Below, in pieces: positions 55,887 to 64,000 of a stretch of DNA of 64,000 nt. The position numbers were made by a program, and so were the translations under genes. The notes under the pieces are model-generated. The model made no database searches, had not been told where the DNA came from, and was given only the letters and a program-made list of their open reading frames with translations. The DNA is from an uncultured Eubacteriales bacterium. Its GTDB lineage: Bacteria; Bacillota; Clostridia; Christensenellales; UBA1242. The number at the start of each line of letters is the position of its first letter. Position 1 is the stretch's first letter. Location: contig CADAJB010000001.1 in the NCBI GenBank assembly GCA_902788085.1, positions 5,241 through 69,240 of the forward strand, in the 5' to 3' direction.

Positions 55887-57695
55887 ATGCAATTAACAAG
55901 CAAAAAACTTATGAAAATGTGGCGTGATTTTTGGACGCAAAACGGACACGCCGAAATTAAAGGTGCTTCGCTTATTCCGCAAGATAACACCGTGCTATTT
56001 ACAACAGCAGGTATGCAACCTTTAATTCCGTATTTAATGGGGCAACCACACCCACTAGGCAACAAACTTTTTGATATTCAACCTTGCCTTCGCACTAATG
56101 ATATAGACGAAGTAGGCGATAACCGCCACCACACAATGTTTTTTATGTTAGGAAATTGGAGTTTAGGTGCATACTTTAAAAAAGAAGCAATACAATGGAG
56201 TTTTAAGTTTTTAACAGACAAAAACTATTTAAACATTCCAACCAACCGTTTGGCTGTTACTGTTTTTGCTGGCGACGAAACTTCACCACGCGACGAAACT
56301 GCTAGCAAACTTTGGCAAGAACAAGGTTTAAAGCCAGAACAAATTTTTTACTTTCCTAAAAAAGATAACTGGTGGGAAATGGGCGGTGGTGTAGGTCCTT
56401 GTGGCCCTGATACCGAAATTTTTTATGATACAGGCAAACCAGCGTGCAGTAAAGACTGCAACCCAAGTTGTGATTGCGGTAAGTGGGTAGAAATTTGGAA
56501 TAATGTATTTATGGAATTTAATGTTGCACAAAAAGGAGCAAAACCCGAAAAACTTCCAAAGCAAAATGTAGATACGGGTATGGGTTTAGAGCGTGTTGTT
56601 AGTGTGTTAAATGGTTTTGACAGCACTTATCAAAACGATTGCTTTGTTGATGCAATTTCTACACTAGAAAAAGCATCTAACAAAAAGTTTGATTTTACAC
56701 AAGATAGCGGAAGAGATTTTTGCATTATTTGTGACCACATTCGTGCAAGTGTATTTTTGCTTGGCGATGCACAACCAACAACACCTAGCAATGTTGGGCA
56801 AGGCTATGTTTTGCGCAGGCTTATAAGGCGTGCGGTAAATTGCACACGCAACCTAGAAATTGATGCAAAAATTTTATTAGATGTTGCCCAAAACTTTATA
56901 GATTTTTATGCAGAAGAATTTCCTAAATTTGTAGAAACCAAACAATTTATATTAGACGAACTACAAAAAGAGATAAATAAGTTTTTAGATGCTTTGCAAG
57001 GTGGTTTAAAAGAATTTAACCGCATAATTGCCGAAAAACCACAAGGTTATGTAATAGACGGCGTAACAGCGTTTAGGTTGTTTGATACATTTGGTTTTCC
57101 GTTAGAACTAACCATAGACCTAGCAAAAAAACACGGAATAAGTATAGATAAACAAGGCTTTTTAGAAGCAATGAAAAAACATCAACAACTAAGCCGTGAT
57201 AACTCGGGTGCTATGTTTAAAGGTGGTGTAGCAGTTGCAAACAACAGCGAAGAAGCATTAAGACTTGCACGCTTGCACACAGCCACACATCTAATGCTTG
57301 CTGCACTACGCAAAGTTGTGGGCAGTTATGTAGAACAACGCGGAAGCAACATAACCCCCGAACGATTAAGGTTTGACTTTGTGTGCGACCACAAACTTAC
57401 CCCCGAAGAGTTAGCGCAAGTTAGTGATTTAGTTAATCAAGCAATAAAAGCAAACGCCACAGTTGTTTGCGAAAAAATGACAGTAGAGCAGGCTAAAAAT
57501 TCGGGCGCTATTGGTATATTTGATAACAAGTACGGCAACGAAGTTACAGTTTATACTATGGGCGAGTTTAGTAAAGAAATTTGTGGCGGACCACACGCCA
57601 AAACAACGGGTGAATTAAAGCAATTTAAAATTTTAAAAGAAGAAAGCAGCAGTAGCGGTGTACGCCGAATAAAAGCAACAATTATAGATAATTAG
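55887..57695 (+). CDS. alaS: alanine--tRNA ligase, short form (602 aa, no C-Ala domain)
   Basis: Class IIc motifs (FTTAGM, RHHT.FFMLGNWS, GMGLER). Editing-domain HTATHLM and CGGPH. ORF ends about 35 aa after CGGPH. Confidence 0.85.
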   Translation: MQLTSKKLMKMWRDFWTQNGHAEIKGASLIPQDNTVLFTTAGMQPLIPYLMGQPHPLGNKLFDIQPCLRTNDIDEVGDNRHHTMFFMLGNWSLGAYFKKEAIQWSFKFLTDKNYLNIPTNRLAVTVFAGDETSPRDETASKLWQEQGLKPEQIFYFPKKDNWWEMGGGVGPCGPDTEIFYDTGKPACSKDCNPSCDCGKWVEIWNNVFMEFNVAQKGAKPEKLPKQNVDTGMGLERVVSVLNGFDSTYQNDCFVDAISTLEKASNKKFDFTQDSGRDFCIICDHIRASVFLLGDAQPTTPSNVGQGYVLRRLIRRAVNCTRNLEIDAKILLDVAQNFIDFYAEEFPKFVETKQFILDELQKEINKFLDALQGGLKEFNRIIAEKPQGYVIDGVTAFRLFDTFGFPLELTIDLAKKHGISIDKQGFLEAMKKHQQLSRDNSGAMFKGGVAVANNSEEALRLARLHTATHLMLAALRKVVGSYVEQRGSNITPERLRFDFVCDHKLTPEELAQVSDLVNQAIKANATVVCEKMTVEQAKNSGAIGIFDNKYGNEVTVYTMGEFSKEICGGPHAKTTGELKQFKILKEESSSSGVRRIKATIIDN

Positions 57696-57724
57696 TTGAT
57701 TTACCTTAAAATTTTTAGTATAAT
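57696..57724 (+). promoter_or_regulatory. sigma-A consensus-like promoter
   Basis: TTGATT, 17 nt, TATAAT. Confidence 0.6.
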
Positions 57725-57747
57725 TTACAAAAATTTAGGAGTTTTTT

Positions 57748-59316
57748 ATGAATGTTTTTCTTAATATTCTAAAATATGGCTTGGTAGTAGTGCTAGCAAT
57801 AGTTGGCTTGTTTATAATAGCGTGCGGATGTCTAGTTCTATTTCCGGGTGCAAACATATTTGGTTTAAGTTATGTTAGTTTTGATAACAAACCAGTTTTA
57901 ACTCAATATTATTTATACGAAGACCCTTATGTGTCGTCAGATAAAATTAAAGTTGACGCGGGTATGTTTAATGTAAATGTAAAAATTGTAAACGAAGACA
58001 AAATTACAAATGGTGCTACACATCTTTCGGCGCAGTTAAACAGAAACTTAACAGGTTTTGTTATTGGCGAAGATGCCGACAAAAAGATAGAACTTGTAGG
58101 GAATCAAGTAACTGACGGTGAAGATAAAGTTTTAAGTTTAAAAATAACACAACCACAAAAAGGTTGGTTGTTTCCAACAAGTTGCGAGTTGTCTTTGTTA
58201 GTTCCTAAAAGCGCATTAAACGAAAAAGAGTTGGTTATAAACACCACTAGCGGAAGCATAGTTATTGGTAACGACCCAGTTTATAACGAAGCCAAAGAAA
58301 ACACTACAACATTTATAGACATTAAGTCTTTAAATGCTACAACACAAAAAGGTGATGTAACTTTGGGCTGTGTAAACTTTTTGCAGCCACTAAACATTAC
58401 ACAAGAAAGTGGAACAATTACTTCTAAGATAGATTTAGGTGTAGATGCTACTTTATCGCAAACCAAAGGTTTTGGAAACATTAAACTAAAAAATGTAGGT
58501 ACCGAAACAAACCCTAAAAATTTAGTTATAAAATCTATTTGGAATAGTGCGGTAAACATAGGCACAATTTATGGCGATGTTGTTGCAGGTGATATAAAAG
58601 GCGGAAATATCAAAATAGATACAATTTCGGGTGATGGGCAAATAACCAACGATTATGCCGATGTAACAATAAAAAGTATTCACAAAAACCTAATTTATAC
58701 AGCAAACGAAGGCGCGCTTAACATAACCGAAGTTTTGGGTAAAATTAATGTAACACAAAAAAGTGGTAGTGTAAAAATTATCAACCTTGGCAACAACGGA
58801 AGCGCATACTTACAAGAAATAACTACAGTAAATGCAGGTGTAGAAGTTAGCAAACTTCACAACAATGTTTTAGTAAAAGCCGAAAAAGGCGAAGTTAAAA
58901 TTTCGGGTTGTCCAGATGACACTACACCAGCACAAATAACTGTAAATGCAAAAGATAGCAAAATAAACTTATACAAAGTAAATGGTAGTGTAAACTATAC
59001 TTGCGACGAGGGCAATTCCGCTATTTATGTAGAATATGATAAACTTGTTGGTTTAAACAACTTTAAAAACCAAATAGGTGCGGTGGATATATTAATGCCA
59101 CTAGAAAGCACAACACCTATGTGGTTAAGTTGGCAAACAAACAATCAAGCCAACATAAAACTATATAGTTTTGAAAGTGTTAAAAAGTTAAGTTCCGAAG
59201 TTGACGGAGCAACCGAGAACGGAGTTGCAGTTAATGGTGCAACTGCTTCGACAGTCGAAAAATTAAACATCATAACAAAATTGGGTAAAATAAGCATAAC
59301 CCGTAAAAGCGCATAA
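57748..59316 (+). CDS. membrane-anchored beta-helix repeat protein (DUF4097/putative adhesin-like)
   Basis: N-terminal TM helix. Repeated short beta-strand units (SGSIVIGN, KGDVTLG, SGTITSKI, GGNIKIDTISGDGQI, SGSVKIIN, KGEVKISG). Confidence 0.6.
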   Translation: MNVFLNILKYGLVVVLAIVGLFIIACGCLVLFPGANIFGLSYVSFDNKPVLTQYYLYEDPYVSSDKIKVDAGMFNVNVKIVNEDKITNGATHLSAQLNRNLTGFVIGEDADKKIELVGNQVTDGEDKVLSLKITQPQKGWLFPTSCELSLLVPKSALNEKELVINTTSGSIVIGNDPVYNEAKENTTTFIDIKSLNATTQKGDVTLGCVNFLQPLNITQESGTITSKIDLGVDATLSQTKGFGNIKLKNVGTETNPKNLVIKSIWNSAVNIGTIYGDVVAGDIKGGNIKIDTISGDGQITNDYADVTIKSIHKNLIYTANEGALNITEVLGKINVTQKSGSVKIINLGNNGSAYLQEITTVNAGVEVSKLHNNVLVKAEKGEVKISGCPDDTTPAQITVNAKDSKINLYKVNGSVNYTCDEGNSAIYVEYDKLVGLNNFKNQIGAVDILMPLESTTPMWLSWQTNNQANIKLYSFESVKKLSSEVDGATENGVAVNGATASTVEKLNIITKLGKISITRKSA

Positions 59317-59320
59317 ACAA

Positions 59321-59347
59321 AAGGAGTAGCAAAAACTACTTCTTTTT
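59321..59347 (+). terminator. intrinsic terminator
   Basis: AAGGAGTAG-CAAAAA-CTACTTCTT followed by a T-run. Confidence 0.65.
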
Positions 59348-59382
59348 ATTATATTTAAACAACATTTTTAATATATTATTTT

Positions 59383-60087
59383 ATGACAATACTAGCCTTA
59401 AAAAATAATTTATTAAAAATTTTTTGTTATCTGTTTATTTTTACTATTTTATTGTATAGCAATATGTTGATTAGTATAAACCCAGCGCAAGCAGTGCCAA
59501 AACCTAGTTTTACAGTAGTTTTAGATGCAGGGCACGGCGGAATTGATACGGGGTGCACGGGCGTAAACACTGGCATAACCGAAAGCGAAATAACACTAAA
59601 AATAACAAACAAAGTGCAAGGTTATTTAACTGCATTGGGTATAAATGTGGTTCAAACCCGAACAAATATGGACGGGCTTTATGGCACTTTTGCTAGTGGT
59701 TTTAAAATGCGCGATTTAGAAAAACGCAAGCAAATAATTTTAAATAGCAACGCCGACTTAGTAGTAAGCATTCACTTAAATTCGTTTACCGATGCAACAG
59801 CACACGGGGCACAAGTGTTTTATAAAATTGATAATATGGTTAGCAAAAACCTAGCACAAGACATTCAATCTTTATTTTTAAAAAACTTGTATAAAGCGCG
59901 TAGTACTGCACAAAAAGGTGATTTTTATATACTAAACTGCACTGATGTTAGTGGAATTTTAATAGAATGTGGGTTTTTATCTAACCCCGAAGAAGAAAAA
60001 CTTTTAACATCTAACGATTATTTACAAAAAATATCTTACAATATTTCAATAGGAATACTAAATTTCTTTAATTTAGTTAAGTTCTAA
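59383..60087 (+). CDS. cwlD: germination-specific N-acetylmuramoyl-L-alanine amidase CwlD-like
   Basis: Signal/TM then VVLDAGHGGIDTG, SIHLNS, GAQVFY and IECGFLSNPEE motifs. 234 aa, CwlD size. Confidence 0.8.
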   Translation: MTILALKNNLLKIFCYLFIFTILLYSNMLISINPAQAVPKPSFTVVLDAGHGGIDTGCTGVNTGITESEITLKITNKVQGYLTALGINVVQTRTNMDGLYGTFASGFKMRDLEKRKQIILNSNADLVVSIHLNSFTDATAHGAQVFYKIDNMVSKNLAQDIQSLFLKNLYKARSTAQKGDFYILNCTDVSGILIECGFLSNPEEEKLLTSNDYLQKISYNISIGILNFFNLVKF

Positions 60088-60111
60088 ATTTTATTTAATA
60101 ACCCAAAAAGG

Positions 60112-60141
60112 TTGATTTTAGGGTTTAGTTTGTGCTATAAT
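60112..60141 (+). promoter_or_regulatory. sigma-A-type promoter placed for a leaderless mrnC transcript
   Basis: TTGATT, 18 nt, TGc-TATAAT. The ATG starts 7 nt after the -10 element, and no SD is present. Confidence 0.4.
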
Positions 60142-60147
60142 AAAAAA

Positions 60148-60540
60148 ATGGAAAAGTATAGCGTACAACAAGTTAATTTAATGTCAACCGATGCATTAGC
60201 CTATATAGGAGATGCTTATTTTACTTTGCGTTGCAGGTTAGAAGTATTGCAACATCACAACGCAAAACCAGCAAAACTTCATTTAACTGTTACAAACCTA
60301 GTTAATGCACACGCGCAAAGCGAGTTTTTAGATAAAATTACACCTAATTTAACCGAAGAAGAGCAAGATGTAGTAAGACGCGCCCGCAATAGCCCTACAA
60401 CAACAAAATCTAAAAACTATGGCTTAGCAGAATATAAGCGTGCCACAAGTTTTGAAGCACTATTAGGTTTTTTGTATTTAACCAACCATAATAGGCTAGA
60501 AGAAATTATAAAATTAGTTTTGTTGGGGGTAGAATTATGA
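60148..60540 (+). CDS. mrnC: mini-ribonuclease III
   Basis: DALAYIGDAYF...R (RNase III signature-like). N-terminus and length fit Mini-III. Conserved position before rlmB. Confidence 0.85.
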   Translation: MEKYSVQQVNLMSTDALAYIGDAYFTLRCRLEVLQHHNAKPAKLHLTVTNLVNAHAQSEFLDKITPNLTEEEQDVVRRARNSPTTTKSKNYGLAEYKRATSFEALLGFLYLTNHNRLEEIIKLVLLGVEL

Positions 60541-61259
60541 TTATATATGGCAAAAATGCAATAACCGAAAGTTTGCGTGCAAACAAGGCTGTGTTTAACT
60601 TATATGTTTTAGAAAGTTTTGAAAACAAACCAAGTGAAATTTTAAGTTTGGCGCACAAACAACACATAAAAGTTAGTTTTGTAGATAAAAACAAACTTTT
60701 TGAATTATGTAAATCTAACCACCATCAAGGCTATGTTGCCGAAATGGAAGATTATAAATATTGCGAAGTAGAAGATATCTTCGAACTAGCAAAACAAAAG
60801 GGCGAGCAACCCTTTATAGTTATGTTAGATGGTGTAGAAGACCCACACAACCTTGGCAGCATTTTACGGGTTTGCGAATGTGCAGGTGTGCACGGTGTAA
60901 TTATACCAAAATTTAGGGCTTGCCCTATAAACGAAACCGTTGCAAAAACAAGTGCGGGGGCACTAACACATATTTTAATATCGCGTGTATCTAACTTAAA
61001 TAACACAATTCAAAAACTAAAAAAATTAGGCGTTTGGGTGTTTGCGGTAGAACTAGGTGGAACAGATTTATACAAGCAAAATCTGCAAGGTGATTTGTGT
61101 TTGGTTATTGGCAGCGAAGGGGACGGAATAGCGCCACTTGTAAAAAAGAATTGTGATGGTGTTTTAACACTACCACTTTTTGGGCAAGTTAATTCGCTTA
61201 ATGCAAGTGTAGCGTGTGGTATAGCGGTTTTTGAAGCAGTACGACAAAGGAGAAAATAG
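60537..61259 (+). CDS. rlmB: 23S rRNA (guanosine-2'-O)-methyltransferase, TrmH/SpoU family (RlmB/YacO-like)
   Basis: SpoU motifs DGV.DPHNLG.ILR, LVIGSEG.G and SLN.S.A. ATGA overlap with mrnC. Confidence 0.88.
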   Translation: MIIYGKNAITESLRANKAVFNLYVLESFENKPSEILSLAHKQHIKVSFVDKNKLFELCKSNHHQGYVAEMEDYKYCEVEDIFELAKQKGEQPFIVMLDGVEDPHNLGSILRVCECAGVHGVIIPKFRACPINETVAKTSAGALTHILISRVSNLNNTIQKLKKLGVWVFAVELGGTDLYKQNLQGDLCLVIGSEGDGIAPLVKKNCDGVLTLPLFGQVNSLNASVACGIAVFEAVRQRRK

Positions 61260-61262
61260 GTT

Positions 61263-61871
61263 ATGGCGCAAGAAAAAACTACCGAGCGTATGTTGCTTTT
61301 GCGTGCTAGGGCAGGCGATAATGTGGCACTAGAAGAACTATTAAATAGTTATAGGCCTATGGTCAATCGTATAGCGCGCGGGTATTTTTTAAATAATGGC
61401 GACGAAGACGATTTGTCGCAAGAGGGTATGATAGGGCTTTATAAGGCATTTTTAACTTATGATATATCGGGTGATGTAAGTTTTAATACATTTGCATATA
61501 TTTGCATAAAAAGGCAAGTTATGCAGGCGGTGCGCAGTAGTTTGTCTGCAAAAAATGCACCACTTAACAATTATTTAAGCATTGACCCATTTGGCAGTAT
61601 TAATGTGGGCGGGGTGGCAGAAGAAGACGAAACCGAGTTTTGTATTCCTAGCGACACCCTAACCCCCGAAGATAGTGTAATTAAAAAAGAAAGCCTAAAC
61701 GAGTTAAGTAATAAAATAAAAGCAGCGTTATCGGATTATGAATACAAAGTGTTATCTCTTTATTTAAAAGGTTTTTCATATAAACAAATATCTTCAGCGC
61801 TTGACAAAAACACAAAAAGCGTGGATAATGCTATAGAGCGAATAAAAGACAAGTTGCAGTTTTTGCATTAA
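61263..61871 (+). CDS. sigH: RNA polymerase sporulation sigma factor SigH
   Basis: Region 2 DLSQEGMIGLYKA. Region 4 HTH near the C-terminus. Position after rlmB as in Bacillus. Confidence 0.82.
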   Translation: MAQEKTTERMLLLRARAGDNVALEELLNSYRPMVNRIARGYFLNNGDEDDLSQEGMIGLYKAFLTYDISGDVSFNTFAYICIKRQVMQAVRSSLSAKNAPLNNYLSIDPFGSINVGGVAEEDETEFCIPSDTLTPEDSVIKKESLNELSNKIKAALSDYEYKVLSLYLKGFSYKQISSALDKNTKSVDNAIERIKDKLQFLH

Positions 61872-61882
61872 AAGGAGTTTTT

Positions 61883-62983
61883 ATGTATTTGGCATTATAT
61901 CGTAAATTTAGGCCAGCAACATTCCAAAGTATTATTGGTCAGCAACACATAACAACTACATTAAAAAACCAAATATTTAACCAGCAAATAGGGCACGCAT
62001 ATCTATTTTGTGGTAGCCGTGGTACAGGTAAAACAAGTTGTGCCAAGGTTTTTGCAAGGGCTATAAACTGCCTTTCACCACTAAAAGACGGTTCGCCTTG
62101 TGGAGAGTGCGAAGTGTGCAAAAAATTGCAACAATCTAATAATATAGATATATTCGAGATTGATGCAGCCAGCAATAATGGTGTTGACGAAATACGAGAT
62201 TTGCGCGAAAAGATTAAGTATGCACCAACTGTTGGTAAGTATAAAGTTTATATAATAGACGAAGTGCATATGCTTTCGGCTGGGGCTTTTAATGCTTTGC
62301 TTAAAACCCTTGAAGAGCCACCTGCACACGCTGTGTTTATTTTGGCTACTACCGAAGTTCATAAACTTCCGGCAACCATACTTTCACGCGTTATGCGTTT
62401 TGACTTTAAACTTATTAGCACACAAGATATAGCGCAAAATATTTCTAACATTTTTGATAAAAGCAATATAAAATATCAGCCAAGTGCCGTAGGGCTTATT
62501 GCTAGTGCAGGCGAAGGCAGTATGCGTGATGCGTTGTCTATTGCAGATATGTGTGCAAGTTTTTGCAACAATAATATAACATACGACGGTGTTATAGAAG
62601 TTTTGGGCATAAGCAATAAAGAAACAATATTTACACTAATTAGTTCTATCTTAAATCAAGATATACAAAAGTTTTTTGTCGAGTTTAATAAAGTTGTGGC
62701 TATGGGTAAAAACCTATCTGTAATATCTAGTGACTTAACAAAAGGTTTTCGCGATTTGTTGGTTATAAAATCTTGTGGAAAAGATAGTGGACTTATAGAC
62801 TATAAGCCCGAACTATTAGATAAAATGGCGGAACTAGCAAGCGGTGTTAGTACATTAAAGATTAATAAGGCATTACAAGCATTTAGCAAAATAGAAACCG
62901 AGTTAAAGTATGCAACAAACCCACAATTATTAATAGAAACAACTGCGTTAGGGTTACTTGACGAAGAAGTAAAAAAAAACTGA
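61883..62983 (+). CDS. dnaX: DNA polymerase III gamma-like product of dnaX (0-frame, 366 aa)
   Basis: MYLALYRKFRP..F..IIGQ, GSRGTGKTS, a Zn module with four Cys (CLSP...GSPCGECEVC), DEVHMLS and LKTLEEPP motifs. Ends GTA AAA AAA AAC TGA. Confidence 0.9.
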   Translation: MYLALYRKFRPATFQSIIGQQHITTTLKNQIFNQQIGHAYLFCGSRGTGKTSCAKVFARAINCLSPLKDGSPCGECEVCKKLQQSNNIDIFEIDAASNNGVDEIRDLREKIKYAPTVGKYKVYIIDEVHMLSAGAFNALLKTLEEPPAHAVFILATTEVHKLPATILSRVMRFDFKLISTQDIAQNISNIFDKSNIKYQPSAVGLIASAGEGSMRDALSIADMCASFCNNNITYDGVIEVLGISNKETIFTLISSILNQDIQKFFVEFNKVVAMGKNLSVISSDLTKGFRDLLVIKSCGKDSGLIDYKPELLDKMAELASGVSTLKINKALQAFSKIETELKYATNPQLLIETTALGLLDEEVKKN

Positions 62984-63333
62984 TTAATGCATATAAACAT
63001 AAAGAATTAAAAACACAAGAAACCCCGCGCACAATTTGGGGTAAGGTTTTGCATTGTTTAAAAGAAAAGCAGTTGTACGAACTTCATTCTATGTGTATAA
63101 ACTTAGATAAAGTAAGTGTAAACTCTAATCAGTTTATAATAGCGGTTTATCAGCAAAATATATTTGATATATTGCAAAACAATAAAGATTTGGTTGCAAG
63201 TTTTAATCAACTTGGGTATAATTATAATATAAGGGTAGTGTTAGCCCAATCACCACAAGATAAACTTAACGAAAAGTTATCTAAAATTTATGAAATATTA
63301 GGTTATAACACAAAAATAGAATTAGGAGATTAA
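62962..63333 (+). other. dnaX: tau-like C-terminal segment of dnaX in the -1 frame (reached by frameshift or slippage at A9, or split by a homopolymer error)
   Basis: The -1 frame is open from 62962 through the A9 run (62971-62979) to stop 63331-63333. No well-spaced RBS or ATG of its own. Sequence TIWGKVLHCLKEK...FIIAVYQQNIFDIL... resembles the DnaX C-terminal domain. Confidence 0.6.
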
Positions 63334-63338
63334 TTATT

Positions 63339-63662
63339 ATGGCAGGTTTTAATGGTTTTGGTGGCGGCGGAAATATGCAACAACTTATCCGTCAAGCACA
63401 AAAGTTGCAAGAACAAATGGAAAAAGATAAAGAAGCACTCGAAAACTCGGTTGTTAATGCATCTAGCGGGGGCGGAATGGTAGAAGTAAAAATGAACGGT
63501 AAACGCGAAATTGTTGCACTTAATATAAAACCCGAAGCAGTTGACCCCGAAGATGTAGAAATGTTAGAAGATTTAATTATGGCGTGCATAAATGATGCAA
63601 ACCGTCAAATAGACGAATTAGCACAAAAAATTATGCCAAATATTCCAGGGGGAATGTTTTAG
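63339..63662 (+). CDS. ybaB: YbaB/EbfC nucleoid-associated protein
   Basis: NMQQLIRQAQKLQEQMEK...GGGMVEVKMNGK.E...I. 107 aa, between dnaX and recR. Confidence 0.92.
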   Translation: MAGFNGFGGGGNMQQLIRQAQKLQEQMEKDKEALENSVVNASSGGGMVEVKMNGKREIVALNIKPEAVDPEDVEMLEDLIMACINDANRQIDELAQKIMPNIPGGMF

Positions 63663-64000
63663 TTGAAAAATTTTATTTTACCTATCGAAAAATTAATAGC
63701 CGAGTTTTCGCATTTGCCAGGTGTGGGTAGAAAAACAGCCACAAGGTATGCATATAGCATAATTAATAAAGATATGCAAGGAGTGCAAGATTTTGCTAGT
63801 GCTTTGTTAGAAGCCAAAAGGCTAGTAAAATATTGTAGTGTATGTGGCAACTTTACAGATAGTGATATTTGCGAAGTATGTAAAAAAGGCGACCGAAAGT
63901 TAGTTTGTGTGGTTGCCGAACCAAAAGATATTTTGGCTTTTGAAAAAGTACGCGAATATAATGGAACATATCATGTATTGCACGGTTTGTTAAGCCCAAT
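63663..64000 (+). CDS. recR: recombination protein RecR (3'-truncated by window end; TTG start)
   Basis: My own translation: LKNFILPIEKLIAEFSHLPGVGRKTATRYAY (HhH), CSVCGNFTDSDICEVC (Zn finger), VCVVAEPKDILAFEK...YHVLHG (Toprim). Not in the ORF track because it runs off the window. Confidence 0.88.
   Translation, partial: MKNFILPIEKLIAEFSHLPGVGRKTATRYAYSIINKDMQGVQDFASALLEAKRLVKYCSVCGNFTDSDICEVCKKGDRKLVCVVAEPKDILAFEKVREYNGTYHVLHGLLSP

Noticed and set aside
63020-63050. ACCCC...GGGGT hairpin as a -1 frameshift stimulator for dnaX
   Set aside because: It lies about 40 nt downstream of the slippery run, whereas stimulatory structures normally sit about 5-9 nt away. The stem is only 5 bp. It does not support ribosomal frameshifting over transcriptional slippage or sequencing error.
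63049-63333. Treating the 94-aa TTG-initiated ORF as an independent small gene
   Set aside because: Its frame is open 87 nt further upstream, back through the dnaX A9 run. TTG 63049 has a badly spaced RBS, and the sequence resembles the DnaX C-terminus. It is more parsimonious as part of dnaX.
63659-63850. 63-aa minus-strand ORF from the track
   Set aside because: The plus strand here encodes an unmistakable RecR N-terminus (HhH plus C4 zinc finger plus Toprim). The track omits it only because it runs off the window.
1-64000. CRISPR arrays, IS elements/transposases, integrases, prophage or toxin-antitoxin/defence modules
   Set aside because: I looked for regularly spaced direct repeats, DDE/tyrosine-recombinase-like ORFs and small paired ORFs, and found none. 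The only dispersed repeat is the non-coding palindromic family reported above.

Overview
AT-rich chromosomal segment from an endospore-forming Firmicute, probably Clostridia-like. Sporulation and germination genes present: spmA/spmB, spoVT, sigH, cwlD, ricT (yaaT) and a gerA-type receptor operon. The backbone is conserved origin-proximal housekeeping: tmk-holB-ricT, tatD-rsmA, rpsF-ssb-rpsR, mrnC-rlmB-sigH-dnaX-ybaB-recR, ppa, lepB, rubrerythrin and 3 tRNAs. Lineage-specific accessory blocks are inserted into this backbone. (1) A single 14.1-kb ORF encodes a 4702-aa lipoprotein with five beta-helix modules rich in GLUG-like motifs. (2) A lipoprotein, a 1262-aa membrane-anchored protein and a Sel1-like protein form a cluster. 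(3) A 1357-aa low-complexity charged protein has no signal peptide. (4) An ER/archaeal-type (SipW-like) signal peptidase is followed by four secreted proteins carrying the SipW-cognate AYFT signal motif. I consider this putative TasA/camelysin-like fibre locus the best candidate for an undescribed system here. Other points of note: dnaX stops directly after an A9 run while its tau-like C-terminus continues in the -1 frame, which means either recoding or a homopolymer error. A dispersed palindromic MITE/REP-like repeat family (core GGTACTATGCACT / AGTGCATAGTACC) occurs at six or more loci, where it acts as terminators and donates stop codons. There is a 602-aa AlaRS lacking the C-Ala domain, and an AcnX (DUF521/DUF126) plus enoate-reductase operon. 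No CRISPR array, transposase, integrase or rRNA was seen. All functional calls come from motif recognition by eye; no database search was run.
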